64,000 nucleotides of DNA from Candidatus Kaiserbacteria bacterium (GCA_016217965.1 JACRFI010000015.1:16366-80365); one strand, 5' to 3'. Counted from the stretch's first letter, positions 18,513 through 28,905 are shown. Notes: a model not told the origin generated them from the sequence alone. Program-made: numbers and translations.

Positions 18513-19004
18513 ATGGAACTGGGCACAGTCACAAATTTTTTCTCCGGGGTTCCGGCGGACTGGATCATTATTGCGTGTATTGCTGCAGTGTTTCTCATTG
18601 ACGCGTTGCGAGTGGGGAGCGGCAGGATAGCAGCGTTCGGCATTTCAGCCACGCTGGCGGTGCAAGTCTCTGCAGCGCTCGGCGGCGCAGCATTTCTTGG
18701 CGCGCTTTCAACACAATTTTCAACGCCCGTCCTACAGGCTGCACTTTTTGTCGTTATCCTCATAGCAGTATTTCTTCTCATAAGGCGTATCGCTATGGAT
18801 TACGGGGAAACAGGAGGCCAGCCGATACAAGCGCTCTTTGCGGCAGTGGCAGCGTCCGCGCTTGTACTTCTCGCATGGGTGCAGGTGCCAGCGCTACACT
18901 CTGTGTGGGATTTCGGAGGGGGTGTTAAATCTATGTTCGGCGAGGCGTATCGATTCTGGTGGCTTATCGGCTCTCTTGCAGCGCTCGCGTTCTCTAAAGC
19001 ATGA
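18513..19004 (+). CDS. hypothetical polytopic membrane protein
   Basis: 4-5 predicted hydrophobic helices, no motif. Confidence 0.4.
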   Translation: MELGTVTNFFSGVPADWIIIACIAAVFLIDALRVGSGRIAAFGISATLAVQVSAALGGAAFLGALSTQFSTPVLQAALFVVILIAVFLLIRRIAMDYGETGGQPIQALFAAVAASALVLLAWVQVPALHSVWDFGGGVKSMFGEAYRFWWLIGSLAALAFSKA

Positions 19005-19008
19005 GCGC

Positions 19009-19599
19009 ATGGTGAGCATGCACTCGCGGGCACATGAATGGCTCCTGCGCCACAAGAAACGAATAGGGCTCGTGTTCATAGGGCACTCGGCAAAACGGAT
19101 AGAAGAATACTTGTTCGACTGGCTGCTATACGGTGTGGTTGTTGGGCTCTGCACTGCAACGTATGGCGCAGCGTGGGGATACTTCATAGCCTTTTTCATC
19201 ATGGCTCCGCTTTCAGCTTTGGCATGCTATGCGTACATTCGTTTCTATGATTGGGCAAAGAAGGATTGGCTTGGGTTTGAAACAATAGAGGAGTTACGCG
19301 AAAAAGAGGCATCGGCAAGCTGGCTGATGCGGTATATTCTCAGGGTCGCAAAAAAGGGTGACATCGCAATGTTCTTTGTACTATCATTTTACGGCGACCC
19401 CTTTATGACCACCGTATATTTTCGCCGCGGGTCGCATCAATATAACGGTCTATCGAAGCGGGATTGGAAGATTTTCTGGACCAGTGTTTTTGCATCGAAT
19501 GCATATTGGACATTGCGCTGGACGGTCATATTCTTGATTCTTGTTCCTCTGTGGCAACATTTTTTAAAGCCAACGTTTACTGCTGCAGGATTGTTGTAG
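19009..19599 (+). CDS. hypothetical membrane protein
   Basis: Start reassigned to ATG 19009 just after the upstream stop; several TM segments. Confidence 0.4.
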   Translation: MVSMHSRAHEWLLRHKKRIGLVFIGHSAKRIEEYLFDWLLYGVVVGLCTATYGAAWGYFIAFFIMAPLSALACYAYIRFYDWAKKDWLGFETIEELREKEASASWLMRYILRVAKKGDIAMFFVLSFYGDPFMTTVYFRRGSHQYNGLSKRDWKIFWTSVFASNAYWTLRWTVIFLILVPLWQHFLKPTFTAAGLL

Positions 19600-19690
19600 G
19601 AATCAACAGCAACGCCTGGCTCTGACGAGAGGGACCAGCTATACTTGCAGCGTGGGTTTGTTAACACCCTAGAGTACGCATCAAAGCGGT

Positions 19691-20065
19691 ATGTTCGATG
19701 CATATAAAAATCCACGAATGAAAAATGAACATGAGGCAAATGCGGTCACTTTTATACTCTTAGGAAGTGCCATTCTCGCTGTCGCTGCAAGTTTTTACCT
19801 GAATTTTTTCACGAAACAATTCGAGTATCTGGTAGAAGCCCCCTGTAACTCGACAAAAGAAGAGTGCTACGTGCGAGATTGCGACGCGGAAGAATGTCCG
19901 CCGAATGGGCTTAGCGAATATGCACTATATGCAGTACAGGCACGCCATTTTCAGGCATGCACAGATAACTCATGCACGAACGTATGCGAGGCCACAGGCC
20001 AATGCACCCCAATCCTCTGTAGTGAGCAATCTGAGGTTGAATGTAGCACCGGAGGAGTTCTTTGA
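19691..20065 (+). CDS. hypothetical Cys-rich membrane-anchored/secreted protein
   Basis: N-terminal TM then ~14 Cys in 90 aa (EECYVRDCDAEECP...CTDNSCTNVCEATGQCTPILC). Confidence 0.35.
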   Translation: MFDAYKNPRMKNEHEANAVTFILLGSAILAVAASFYLNFFTKQFEYLVEAPCNSTKEECYVRDCDAEECPPNGLSEYALYAVQARHFQACTDNSCTNVCEATGQCTPILCSEQSEVECSTGGVL

Positions 20066-20074
20066 GTTACGGAT

Positions 20075-20887
20075 ATGAGTCTGATCAAATCGCTAATTGC
20101 CTCTGCTATTGATGCCTTTACAGAGCATCAGTATGATCATTTATTCACCTCTGATGAAGCAGCAGTGCAAGAGCTTTTGCGGCGCAGGCAAAATCATGCG
20201 CTAGAAAGATCTGTGCATGAATCGTTGCACAACTCCGATGAACTTTTGAAGCGCCTGGAACGGCCTACTGCTATCCTATTTAGGCAGCTTGCGAGCCCCA
20301 CCCACGAGATACTGCATTTTCTTGAGACGGCTAAGCGCCTGTCACTGCAGCCGCTCATCCTAGAATACTACGATGACAAGTTCGTGGGCGCGGGAAATCC
20401 ATACAAGCGGACACTTGGCAAACTGCCATTATTCCAGCATGTCGGCTCTGATGGCCGCGACATGGTGCGCTATGTCCGGGTAATTGATTTTAATCTGTTC
20501 ATGGGCAAAAAAATCGGAGATGTGTGTTGCATTTCTGGAAAGACCCTTGTGGAGTTCCACCACGATTTATTACAGAAGACTGCAAATATTGAACCATCAG
20601 AACTCTGTTTCAACGCCTCGCCTTGGTTTCAGGCGCACGGAAGCTCGGCGGTCCACTATTACACGCCACTCATGTCTCTTTTTGTCCGCGACGCTATTTT
20701 GTTTGAGAATTTTGAAGAAACACCCGAGCTGCTGCCTTTCATGCGTGACATTGTTATCCCAGCATACGAACACACAGAAAAACAATTCCTTCACAACCCC
20801 ATTATTGTCAGACTTATTCCGAAGCGAGATGAACAGCGGTTATACTGGTATTCGTACCCCAAGCAAATAGAGAATTTGCTACCGTAG
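20075..20887 (+). CDS. hypothetical protein
   Basis: 270-aa ORF, no recognisable motif. Confidence 0.4.
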   Translation: MSLIKSLIASAIDAFTEHQYDHLFTSDEAAVQELLRRRQNHALERSVHESLHNSDELLKRLERPTAILFRQLASPTHEILHFLETAKRLSLQPLILEYYDDKFVGAGNPYKRTLGKLPLFQHVGSDGRDMVRYVRVIDFNLFMGKKIGDVCCISGKTLVEFHHDLLQKTANIEPSELCFNASPWFQAHGSSAVHYYTPLMSLFVRDAILFENFEETPELLPFMRDIVIPAYEHTEKQFLHNPIIVRLIPKRDEQRLYWYSYPKQIENLLP

Positions 20888-20891
20888 ATCC

Positions 20892-22505
20892 ATGGATGTA
20901 AATACGTGTCTGGCGACGACAGAAGCATATCGCGACCTCGCGCTCTATTCCCATCTCATCCCAGCACTCGCCACATTCATTTTGGGGCTGTTTGCATATA
21001 TTCGTGCTGAACACCGTGCGATGGCGCTTTATTTTCTGGCATTTTCCACCGCATTCACGGCGTGGCTCATTGCGGATCTCGTCGTATGGACAGCGAATGA
21101 CTACAACGTTGTTGCCGCGTTTTGGGAGCCACTCGATTATATTGAAATACTATTTTTCCTCCTTCTCTTTGGGTTTATTGCCACAGACTTATTTGCAAGA
21201 GCGGCTTCGTGGCTGCGTCCTATCCTCATTCTCTGCGCACTCGTTCCTTTTTATATAACATTCACCGGCCGCGCGGTTTTAGAAATGTATCAGCCGACAT
21301 GCGAAATGGTCGGGAATGATTTTCTCGCACATTACAAAGTATGGCTTGAGACGGCGATACTTGCTGCTACTTTGATTCTGGGAATCTATAGAGCCGGGAG
21401 ACGCGGTATTCCTTTGAATGAACGGATCCGCGTAGGGCTCATCACTACCGCCGTAGTCCTTTTTATGGGAATTTTCTCGTGGTCTGAATTCATTGCCACC
21501 ACGACAGACGTGTTCGAGATAAATCTGTACGCACTTTTTACCCTTCCGATATTTGTAGCGCTCCTAACTATCGCGATTACAAGCTATGGCACGTTCAAGT
21601 TAGGGGACGCAGCGGTCAAAGCGTTGTTTTATGTATTTCTTGTCCTCGCTGCTACACAGTTTTTCTTTGCTGGTGATGTCACAGAATTCATGCTTGCAGC
21701 GATGAGTTTTGCTGTTGTATTCACGCTCGGCATCATGCTGTTCTTCACGTCCGAGCGGGAAATAAAATTGCGGCACGTCGTGGAGAAGCAGGCAACGGAG
21801 CTCGAGGCAGCAAATAAGCAGCAAGAGAGCCTCCTTCACTTCATAAGCCACGAAGTGAAGGGGTATCTCACAAAGAGCGAAGCAGGGTTTGCAGGCATTG
21901 TTGAAGGAGATTTTGGAGCAGTGCCGGAAACTCTCAAGAATATGGCAGGGTCGGCACTTGCCGATACGCGTAAAGGTGTTGCGACAGTGATGGAGATCCT
22001 TTCAGCATCCAACATGCAAAAGGGCACAGTGCAATATAAAAAAGAAGATTTTGACCTGACGGCAGCCGTTAAGGAAGAATTGTCGATACTTGAAAAAAGC
22101 GCAAAGGAACGCGGCGTGTCGCTCGTTGCTTCAATACCAGATGAGTCATTCCGGATCATGGGAGATACGCACAAAATTGCCGATCATCTTATTCGGAATC
22201 TTATCGACAACGCGATTAAATATTCTCCAAAGGGTTCTGTGCGTGTTACGTTGTCCCGCACGGACGGGCATGTGCGTTTCTCTGTGAAAGATACAGGTGT
22301 GGGCCTCTCAGAGGACGATAAGAAGACACTTTTCACCGAGGGAGGGAAAGGAAAAGATTCGCTCAAAGTGAATGTCGATTCGACAGGATACGGGCTCTAT
22401 ATTGCAAAACAGGTGGTTGAAGCGCACGGTGGCAAGATATGGGCCGAATCGGAAGGGAGGGGGAGGGGCTCTCTGTTCGTGGTCGAGTTACCTGTCAAGG
22501 AATAA
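20892..22505 (+). CDS. sensor histidine kinase with multi-TM N-terminal sensor domain
   Basis: ~8 TM helices, H-box HFISHEVKGYL, N/G1/G2 boxes (NLIDNAIKYS, DTGVGLS, GYGLYIAKQVVEAHGG); no response regulator adjacent. Confidence 0.8.
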   Translation: MDVNTCLATTEAYRDLALYSHLIPALATFILGLFAYIRAEHRAMALYFLAFSTAFTAWLIADLVVWTANDYNVVAAFWEPLDYIEILFFLLLFGFIATDLFARAASWLRPILILCALVPFYITFTGRAVLEMYQPTCEMVGNDFLAHYKVWLETAILAATLILGIYRAGRRGIPLNERIRVGLITTAVVLFMGIFSWSEFIATTTDVFEINLYALFTLPIFVALLTIAITSYGTFKLGDAAVKALFYVFLVLAATQFFFAGDVTEFMLAAMSFAVVFTLGIMLFFTSEREIKLRHVVEKQATELEAANKQQESLLHFISHEVKGYLTKSEAGFAGIVEGDFGAVPETLKNMAGSALADTRKGVATVMEILSASNMQKGTVQYKKEDFDLTAAVKEELSILEKSAKERGVSLVASIPDESFRIMGDTHKIADHLIRNLIDNAIKYSPKGSVRVTLSRTDGHVRFSVKDTGVGLSEDDKKTLFTEGGKGKDSLKVNVDSTGYGLYIAKQVVEAHGGKIWAESEGRGRGSLFVVELPVKE

Positions 22506-22526
22506 TACAGACTACTTCTATTTTTT

Positions 22527-23507
22527 ATGGGCTCGCTGGACTCATCAAGAGGGAATGACTCAAAGAATGAGCGCGATAGACTGTTGATTAATGGTATTGA
22601 GTACTCGCATGTGAAAAATCGACTCACTGGAGGTGCAATATATACAAACCAAGACAAGAGCGTCTATGTTAAAACAGGTAGACGATCCGATGTTCTGAAA
22701 GAGATGGCGATTTCTAAAGATTTGTTGAAGAGAGGTTTTCAGGTTCCTCGAATAATTGATGAAGGTGGAACTCTCCCTAGCGGGGAATGGTTCTACATCG
22801 AGGAAAGCATCGGGGACCGGATATTTGGGGATATTTTCAAAGAAGAAACAATCGCGAATGGTCAGGTAGGTGAAGACTCTCTCAATGATTTTGTCACAGT
22901 GATTGAAAATTATTGTCGGGCGCAATTTGATCCTACAAATCATTTGCCGCCAGATAGAGCAGCTCTCGATAAAATGGCTGCTCTTGACAATGTCATGATC
23001 TACAATCCGCCCTCAGAGACGACAAGGGTGGCCTTCGCAACGGCCTATGGGCAGGCGGCAGAGAAAGTGCAGCGCATACCATGGGGCTACGTACAATCCG
23101 ATCTAAATGTTTTTAATATGTTACGCGGAGGAGTTATCGACTTTGAACTTGCGGATCACGGTCCGATAGGCTACGACACTATCTCCTGCTTGTATTTTGG
23201 AAGGATGTGGCCAGCAAAACAGGTAGCGTATCATATGACCGATGATCAAATTAAGCGCTGCGTTGCAGCAATCGATGCGGAGGCAGTCAAACACGGCCTG
23301 AGTCCGTTAAGCGATCTTTCGGAAGAATTCCTCGTAATCAAGTCGATTTGGGGCACTGCCAAAAAGAAAAAGTCATCACAGGAAGACCCAGAAAAGTACA
23401 AGGATTTCTGGACGTGGCGGGTAAAAGTTCGTGATTGGTGCATCGAGCGATATCTAAAAGGGAAAAAGATAGATTCAAACTTGTTCGATGACATAGGTTC
23501 GAGTTGA
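22527..23507 (+). CDS. protein-kinase-fold phosphotransferase (APH/choline-kinase-like)
   Basis: Catalytic-loop-like QSDLNVFNML and DFG-like VIDFELADHG. Confidence 0.4.
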   Translation: MGSLDSSRGNDSKNERDRLLINGIEYSHVKNRLTGGAIYTNQDKSVYVKTGRRSDVLKEMAISKDLLKRGFQVPRIIDEGGTLPSGEWFYIEESIGDRIFGDIFKEETIANGQVGEDSLNDFVTVIENYCRAQFDPTNHLPPDRAALDKMAALDNVMIYNPPSETTRVAFATAYGQAAEKVQRIPWGYVQSDLNVFNMLRGGVIDFELADHGPIGYDTISCLYFGRMWPAKQVAYHMTDDQIKRCVAAIDAEAVKHGLSPLSDLSEEFLVIKSIWGTAKKKKSSQEDPEKYKDFWTWRVKVRDWCIERYLKGKKIDSNLFDDIGSS

Positions 23508-23519
23508 TGATTTCCCTCC

Positions 23520-24785
23520 ATGGAACGAACTAGTATAGGTCTAGAAAATTTATTCGAAGCAGTACTTCGAACTGACACCTTACTTCCAGAAAATCTTGAG
23601 AGTAAAAGATTGCAAGTACCAGTGTACGATGCGCTGCACGTAAAAGGTAGGAATGATGCTAAAGACTTCAGGCACTTTTCTCGTAAAAGAGATGCACAGG
23701 ATGAGTATGAAGATTTTCTTGGGATGTCACGTCCGTTTTTATTGCAAGAGGTTGCAGCAAAGGATACTGAACCAGTGTTCCTTATGGACAAGTTAACGCC
23801 ACACTCTTTGTATGAAGTGATGATCATGTCTGCGTCAGTAGAACGCAAATCGAGCATTCTAGATCACGACGCAGCGACCCGGAGACTGATTTTTAATCTT
23901 ATGTCAAAATTCCCTGAGTACGCACATTCTCGCGGACTGTATCCCTATCTTGCGTTCAATTATGACCCCTTAACTCAGGACAGGGAAAGTGGACAAGCTG
24001 AAAAGCGATTCCACGCGCATCTTATAGGAAGAACATCGGACGAATTGGCTGAGATTACTGAGCATCAGCAACCATTGGGAAAGATTTCTCCGATGGTAAG
24101 GAGGCGATTAGTTGACGAAACAAGTATACTTGGATCTTTGATCGCGTTTGATTATTTTAAGGAAACTCCTTTTAGAACCATTGAGATTGCCCCTCCTTTG
24201 CAACAGAAGAATGGACCGCTTTTAGAGTTTGTGTTGAAAAAAGGCTGGGATGATTTAAGTACGCGTGAATTTGAAGCTGACTTCTGCCAAATTCACTCTG
24301 GGCTAGAGAAATTGTACGAGCTGCTTGTTAGCGGCGTGGCCGAAGGACAATCTGGCGAATGGAAGCGACCTCAGCTGCGACTGGCAACTGACTTACCATT
24401 GGAACAATCTCTTCGCGAAATGAAATGGCTGTCTCCTGAGTCGAGAAGCGCGTTTCTCCATTTCGTGAAGCACTTAAAATCTTCAATTCTTGAGAAGACA
24501 CACCTATTTCGTAATCCAAAATACAGAAACATTACGACGCACGTATATCCGCTAGCGGGGTTATGTTACTCAGTCGGTTTTTGTGAAGATAATAGTCATG
24601 TCAAGATGGTTATCAAACCCCAGATCTTTTCCGACTTTGGAGGCGCAGGTCTCGAAAAATTGAACGGCATTATTACCAGAATTCGCAGAGGGGTCGGCAC
24701 TTTTGATGACAAAGAAATGGCGGAGCGAAAGAAATTTCAGAGTGGTTTTGTTGAACGAATTGAGCAATCAATGGCAAATAAATAA
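23520..24785 (+). CDS. hypothetical protein
   Basis: 421-aa ORF; weak H-x-H (RFHAHLIG) segment only. Confidence 0.35.
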   Translation: MERTSIGLENLFEAVLRTDTLLPENLESKRLQVPVYDALHVKGRNDAKDFRHFSRKRDAQDEYEDFLGMSRPFLLQEVAAKDTEPVFLMDKLTPHSLYEVMIMSASVERKSSILDHDAATRRLIFNLMSKFPEYAHSRGLYPYLAFNYDPLTQDRESGQAEKRFHAHLIGRTSDELAEITEHQQPLGKISPMVRRRLVDETSILGSLIAFDYFKETPFRTIEIAPPLQQKNGPLLEFVLKKGWDDLSTREFEADFCQIHSGLEKLYELLVSGVAEGQSGEWKRPQLRLATDLPLEQSLREMKWLSPESRSAFLHFVKHLKSSILEKTHLFRNPKYRNITTHVYPLAGLCYSVGFCEDNSHVKMVIKPQIFSDFGGAGLEKLNGIITRIRRGVGTFDDKEMAERKKFQSGFVERIEQSMANK

Positions 24786-24789
24786 GCGT

Positions 24790-25356
24790 ATGACCATTCC
24801 CCCGGTGTGTATCTTCCTCGACCTGGAATACTGCTACCCAGGCATGGGAGAGGGCGCGGGTCGTCCGACAGCGGCGGATCAGCGGCAGATCGTGCAAATA
24901 GCCGCCATTAAATACGACACCATCGAATGCAAAGAGCTTGGCGCACTCGACCTGCTCGTAAAACCGCTCTTCACACCTCGGGTGCCAATTTTTTTCGAAA
25001 AGCTGACTGGTATCTCGCAAGTTGATATTGACGCTCGTGGAATTGACCTAGTGAATGCTCTGAAACACTTGGAGCAATTTTGCGAAGGTATTTCTATCGT
25101 AACATTCAATCAAGATTGGTACGTGATCGGTCAAAACTACGGCTATCTGGAACTACCAAATCCGTTTTCGGAATTCATTCGCGTCAAAGCACTTTTGCCC
25201 GGATGGGGTGTTGATCCAGACAAGTACTCCAGTGGAACGCTCCATCAAGCCGTTGGTATAACCATGGACGGCCATGTTCATAACGCTTTACACGATGTAC
25301 GCAGTATGTCGCTCGCGGTCAGCGTGCTCAGTCGCAACCATCAAAACGATCGCTGA
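24790..25356 (+). CDS. DEDDh-type 3'-5' exonuclease (DnaQ/RNase T-like)
   Basis: Exo I FLDLEYC (D-x-E) and Exo III HNALHDV motifs; start at the ATG directly after the upstream stop. Confidence 0.6.
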   Translation: MTIPPVCIFLDLEYCYPGMGEGAGRPTAADQRQIVQIAAIKYDTIECKELGALDLLVKPLFTPRVPIFFEKLTGISQVDIDARGIDLVNALKHLEQFCEGISIVTFNQDWYVIGQNYGYLELPNPFSEFIRVKALLPGWGVDPDKYSSGTLHQAVGITMDGHVHNALHDVRSMSLAVSVLSRNHQNDR

Positions 25357-26492
25357 TATCTGCCCGGTGGGAATATCATTCTGCGTGGGTAAGCGTTCAG
25401 GTAATGTGCGTGTTCATTAAACACGCGTTCGTCTTTGGCCCTCTGCTGCATATGGGATGAGAATTGACGCATTACTTGGGCAGTTGCCTCATCTTTGGCA
25501 TGCACGAGGAGTGGCTCCGGCAGAAGGAGACACTGATAGAGGCCTGGATAATACCGCCCATTTATGATGCGATACGAAGGCATCTGAGTAATGCAACCAT
25601 TCTCGACCCGCGTCTGAATTACATCATTTGAATTAATGTCGCCGCCGAAGCCGTAAAATGCGCATTTATCGCGCGCAAATGCCGAAGATCTGTAATCGGC
25701 GACATACGCGTCTATATCGGATGTTTTTCTCATGACTTCGTATAGGTCGTCGCCGTAAACCCTACCGAATGCTTCAGGTGTAAAGAAATGCGCGCTCATA
25801 TTGAAATGTTCCCTCGAATCCCAGAAACGTTGGCTCAATACTTCAGCCTGGCCCTTTTCGAGCAGAGAGCGGAAATCTTCCATGCGCGCCAAGAACTCAT
25901 GTTTGTCTGACGGTCTAAGCATGCGATCGTTCACAAGTGAGTTCCATGGTTCTCTATCCAGGAAGCTATCGTCAACTACCATGACCACATCGATGTCCGA
26001 GGCATCATCTCCAGATCTCACGTTAAAGAACGGGCCATAACTCATAGACCCGCCTACAACTATGCACTTCACCCTATTTCCAAACGCAACAGATAGATTT
26101 TCAATAAATTCATATCGTTCCAGGGTGGCGTTGATACTTTCCGCTAGTCCCGGCTGTCGTCCATGTGGCAGAGTTACAAGCTGATCTTGCGAGTCAATGG
26201 TTTCGGGAAGTCCAGTTCTTTCCAATATTTCAGTGATCATCTCCCTGTACTGTGCAGCATTTTTTCCAAAAACGTAATATCCCCGTTCCAAAACTGACGC
26301 TATTTCTGCCTTGGCACGTCGCTCGTGACCTGACTCCATCTCTTTTGCGCGTTGTATAGTTTTCGTTAATCGGGATTCAAAGTTTTCTGCAGTTAATTCA
26401 GTGTGCACGTCTGTACTCCGATCACTCGTGATGGTCTGTAACCTGAGAGTGCCACCTATAGGAGGAGTGGACTCTGACTCAGGCATAGACAA
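25341..26492 (-). CDS. nucleotidyltransferase-fold protein (Pol-beta superfamily), function unknown
   Basis: hG[GS]...DhDh signature VGGSMSYGPFFNVRSGDDASDIDVVMVVDD near residue 145 of 383. Confidence 0.45.
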   Translation of the reverse strand: MSMPESESTPPIGGTLRLQTITSDRSTDVHTELTAENFESRLTKTIQRAKEMESGHERRAKAEIASVLERGYYVFGKNAAQYREMITEILERTGLPETIDSQDQLVTLPHGRQPGLAESINATLERYEFIENLSVAFGNRVKCIVVGGSMSYGPFFNVRSGDDASDIDVVMVVDDSFLDREPWNSLVNDRMLRPSDKHEFLARMEDFRSLLEKGQAEVLSQRFWDSREHFNMSAHFFTPEAFGRVYGDDLYEVMRKTSDIDAYVADYRSSAFARDKCAFYGFGGDINSNDVIQTRVENGCITQMPSYRIINGRYYPGLYQCLLLPEPLLVHAKDEATAQVMRQFSSHMQQRAKDERVFNEHAHYLNAYPRRMIFPPGRYQRSF

Positions 26493-26574
26493 TCATTGTC
26501 TAGGATGACTATTGTTTGTCAATCAGTGAGCGGGACCATTTGAGAGACGCGTACTCTCTGATAGGATATCAAAG

Positions 26575-27510
26575 ATGCAGCGGCTTTTGACAGGACTCCA
26601 ACCTTCTGGTGTATTGCACATCGGGAATTATCTCGGTGCTTTGAAGCCTTTTTCTGAAATGTATTCACAGTACGAAAGTTTCCTGATGGTCGCTGATTAC
26701 CATGCCCTGACTTCGCTTCGGGATCCTGAGGCTCTGCGGGCAAATATTCGCGACATCGTGCGAAGCTATGTTGCGGCAGGCGTTGACCCAAAAAAGGCTG
26801 TGATATTTCAGCAGTCGAGAGTCCAGGAGCATACAGAGCTTGCTTGGATATTCGAATGCCTCGTTACGGTCCCATTCCTGGAACTCTCGCACGCGTACAA
26901 AGACAAAGTGGCAAAAGGACTAGAGGCGAACGCGGGACTCTTTAACTATCCGATGCTAATGGCAGCGGACATTCTTCTTTACGATACTGATGTCGTGCCA
27001 GTCGGTGCGGACCAGAGGCAGCATTTGGAGTATGCGCGTGAGGCGGCAGCAAAATTCAACAACTCGTACGGCGATGTTTTAAAAGAACCCCAGGCAAAGA
27101 TATTGGAATCAGTTGCAGTTGTGCCTGGCACCGATGGAAAGAAAATGAGCAAGAGTTATGGAAACACAATTCCTCTGTATGAGCCGAAAGATGTTCTTGT
27201 GAAAGCGGTCATGTCCATTGTCACAGATTCGTCCGGAGAATTGCCTCAGAATGTGTACGAGATACATAAGCATTTCAAGAGCAAAAAAGAGCTTGACGCA
27301 CTGTACGAATCAAACAAGGGAAAGTATAAAGTATTGAAAGAAGCCCTTATCGATGACATTGAGAAAATTGTCGCTCCGATGAGAGAGATATACGAGAGCA
27401 TTACGGACGCGGATGTGGAGCGCATCCTTAAAGAGGGGAGTGATAGGGCGCGTGAGTATGCGGCCGCAAAGATGAAAGCGGTGCGCAGCAGCATTGGCGT
27501 CACTATATGA
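26575..27510 (+). CDS. trpS: tryptophan--tRNA ligase
   Basis: TGLQPSGVLHIGNYLGA (HIGH) and KMSKS; 311 aa. Confidence 0.9.
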   Translation: MQRLLTGLQPSGVLHIGNYLGALKPFSEMYSQYESFLMVADYHALTSLRDPEALRANIRDIVRSYVAAGVDPKKAVIFQQSRVQEHTELAWIFECLVTVPFLELSHAYKDKVAKGLEANAGLFNYPMLMAADILLYDTDVVPVGADQRQHLEYAREAAAKFNNSYGDVLKEPQAKILESVAVVPGTDGKKMSKSYGNTIPLYEPKDVLVKAVMSIVTDSSGELPQNVYEIHKHFKSKKELDALYESNKGKYKVLKEALIDDIEKIVAPMREIYESITDADVERILKEGSDRAREYAAAKMKAVRSSIGVTI

Positions 27511-28904
27511 AAAACAGAGTCTATATCAATCAACTGCGGGAACATATTGGTAATACCGTGATCATTGCCGGTTGGGTATCCGTTCGTCGTGATCAGGGCA
27601 AGATGGTCTTTTTTGATATACGTGACATGACGGGAACGGTGCAAACAGTAGTTCTCACAAAGAGCCCAGCGCTGGAGAGTGCGAAACAAACAAGCAGGGA
27701 ATCCGCAGTAGCTATCACGGGTATTGTGAACAAACGGCCGGAAAAGAATGTGATGGCAGGTGTGCAAAACGGAGATATAGAAGTTTCTGTCGAAAAAATC
27801 GAGATACTGGGAGCCTCCGACGCACCGCCTTTTGAAATAATAGAAGACACGTCGATGATAAGCGAAGAAGTGCGCCTCACCTACAGATACTTGGACCTCA
27901 GGAGTGAGAGGATGCAGAGAAACATACGCTCGCGCAGCGAATTTGTGCGCCTCTGCCGCGAGTATCTTTTCAATGCTATGTTCACTGAAATAGAAACACC
28001 GCTTCTTACCGAATCAACGCCCGAAGGCTCCCGCGATTTCGTCGTTCCCTCGCGCTTGCATCCGGGTTCTTTTTACGCGCTCCCGCAATCTCCGCAACAG
28101 TACAAGCAACTTTTAATGGTGGCGGGGATGGAACGATATTTCCAAATTGCTCGGGCAGTGCGAGACGAAGACTTGCGAGCCGATAGGGGGTTCGAACATT
28201 CACAAATTGACATTGAGATGTCCTTTGTCGAGCAGGAAGATGTCATGGCGCTTGTTGAGACGATGATAATCGAGGTTGCCGAAAAGATGGGGAAAGTTTT
28301 AAAGCAAAAGCCATTCCCGCGCTTTACATACGCGGAAGCGATGGAAAAATTCGGCGCGGATAAATTCGACCTAAGAGATGATGAAGAAAAATCGAAGGGA
28401 ATTCTCGCATTCGCGTGGGTGCACAGATTTCCGTTCTTTGAAAAGACGGATGGCGGTGATTGGACGTTCACTCATAACCCATTCTCAATGCCGCTCTCCG
28501 AGCACATTGATGATGTGCTAGCGGGAAAGAATACAGAGAACATCCTCACTGCCCAATACGATCTCGTATGCAACGGACATGAGACAGGCGGAGGTTCCAT
28601 CCGTTCACATCGGCCGGACATTCTGAGAGCCGTATACAAGACCATGGGGTATGACGATGCTCGGATAGAACAGAGCGTCGGCCACATGCTGGAAGCCTTC
28701 AGGTATGGCGCCCCGCCGCATGGAGGGATAGCGATCGGAATAGAGAGGATGTTGATGACCGTCATGGGGGAGAATTATTTGCGTGAAGTACAAGCGTTCC
28801 CGATGACACGCGGAGGGCAAACTGCTGTCATGAAAGCACCGAAGCCGCTGAGTGACAAACAGCTGTCCGAACTTGGGCTCGAGATAAAGAAGAAAACAAA
28901 ATGA
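27507..28904 (+). CDS. aspS: aspartate--tRNA ligase, short (archaeal/non-discriminating type)
   Basis: Class IIb OB-fold N-terminus, LPQSPQQYKQLLMVAG (AspRS-type), motif 3 GAPPHGGIAIGIERMLM; ATGA overlap with trpS stop. Confidence 0.8.
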   Translation: MKNRVYINQLREHIGNTVIIAGWVSVRRDQGKMVFFDIRDMTGTVQTVVLTKSPALESAKQTSRESAVAITGIVNKRPEKNVMAGVQNGDIEVSVEKIEILGASDAPPFEIIEDTSMISEEVRLTYRYLDLRSERMQRNIRSRSEFVRLCREYLFNAMFTEIETPLLTESTPEGSRDFVVPSRLHPGSFYALPQSPQQYKQLLMVAGMERYFQIARAVRDEDLRADRGFEHSQIDIEMSFVEQEDVMALVETMIIEVAEKMGKVLKQKPFPRFTYAEAMEKFGADKFDLRDDEEKSKGILAFAWVHRFPFFEKTDGGDWTFTHNPFSMPLSEHIDDVLAGKNTENILTAQYDLVCNGHETGGGSIRSHRPDILRAVYKTMGYDDARIEQSVGHMLEAFRYGAPPHGGIAIGIERMLMTVMGENYLREVQAFPMTRGGQTAVMKAPKPLSDKQLSELGLEIKKKTK

Positions 28905-28905
28905 T

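Noticed and set aside
20484-20870. 128-aa ORF nested in a different frame inside 20075..20887
   Set aside because: It is fully contained within a longer same-strand ORF in another frame, and nothing supports it independently.
24703-24789. N-terminal extension of the exonuclease ORF
   Set aside because: It overlaps the preceding gene's last 83 nt. The ATG at 24790 directly follows the upstream stop and precedes the Exo I motif.
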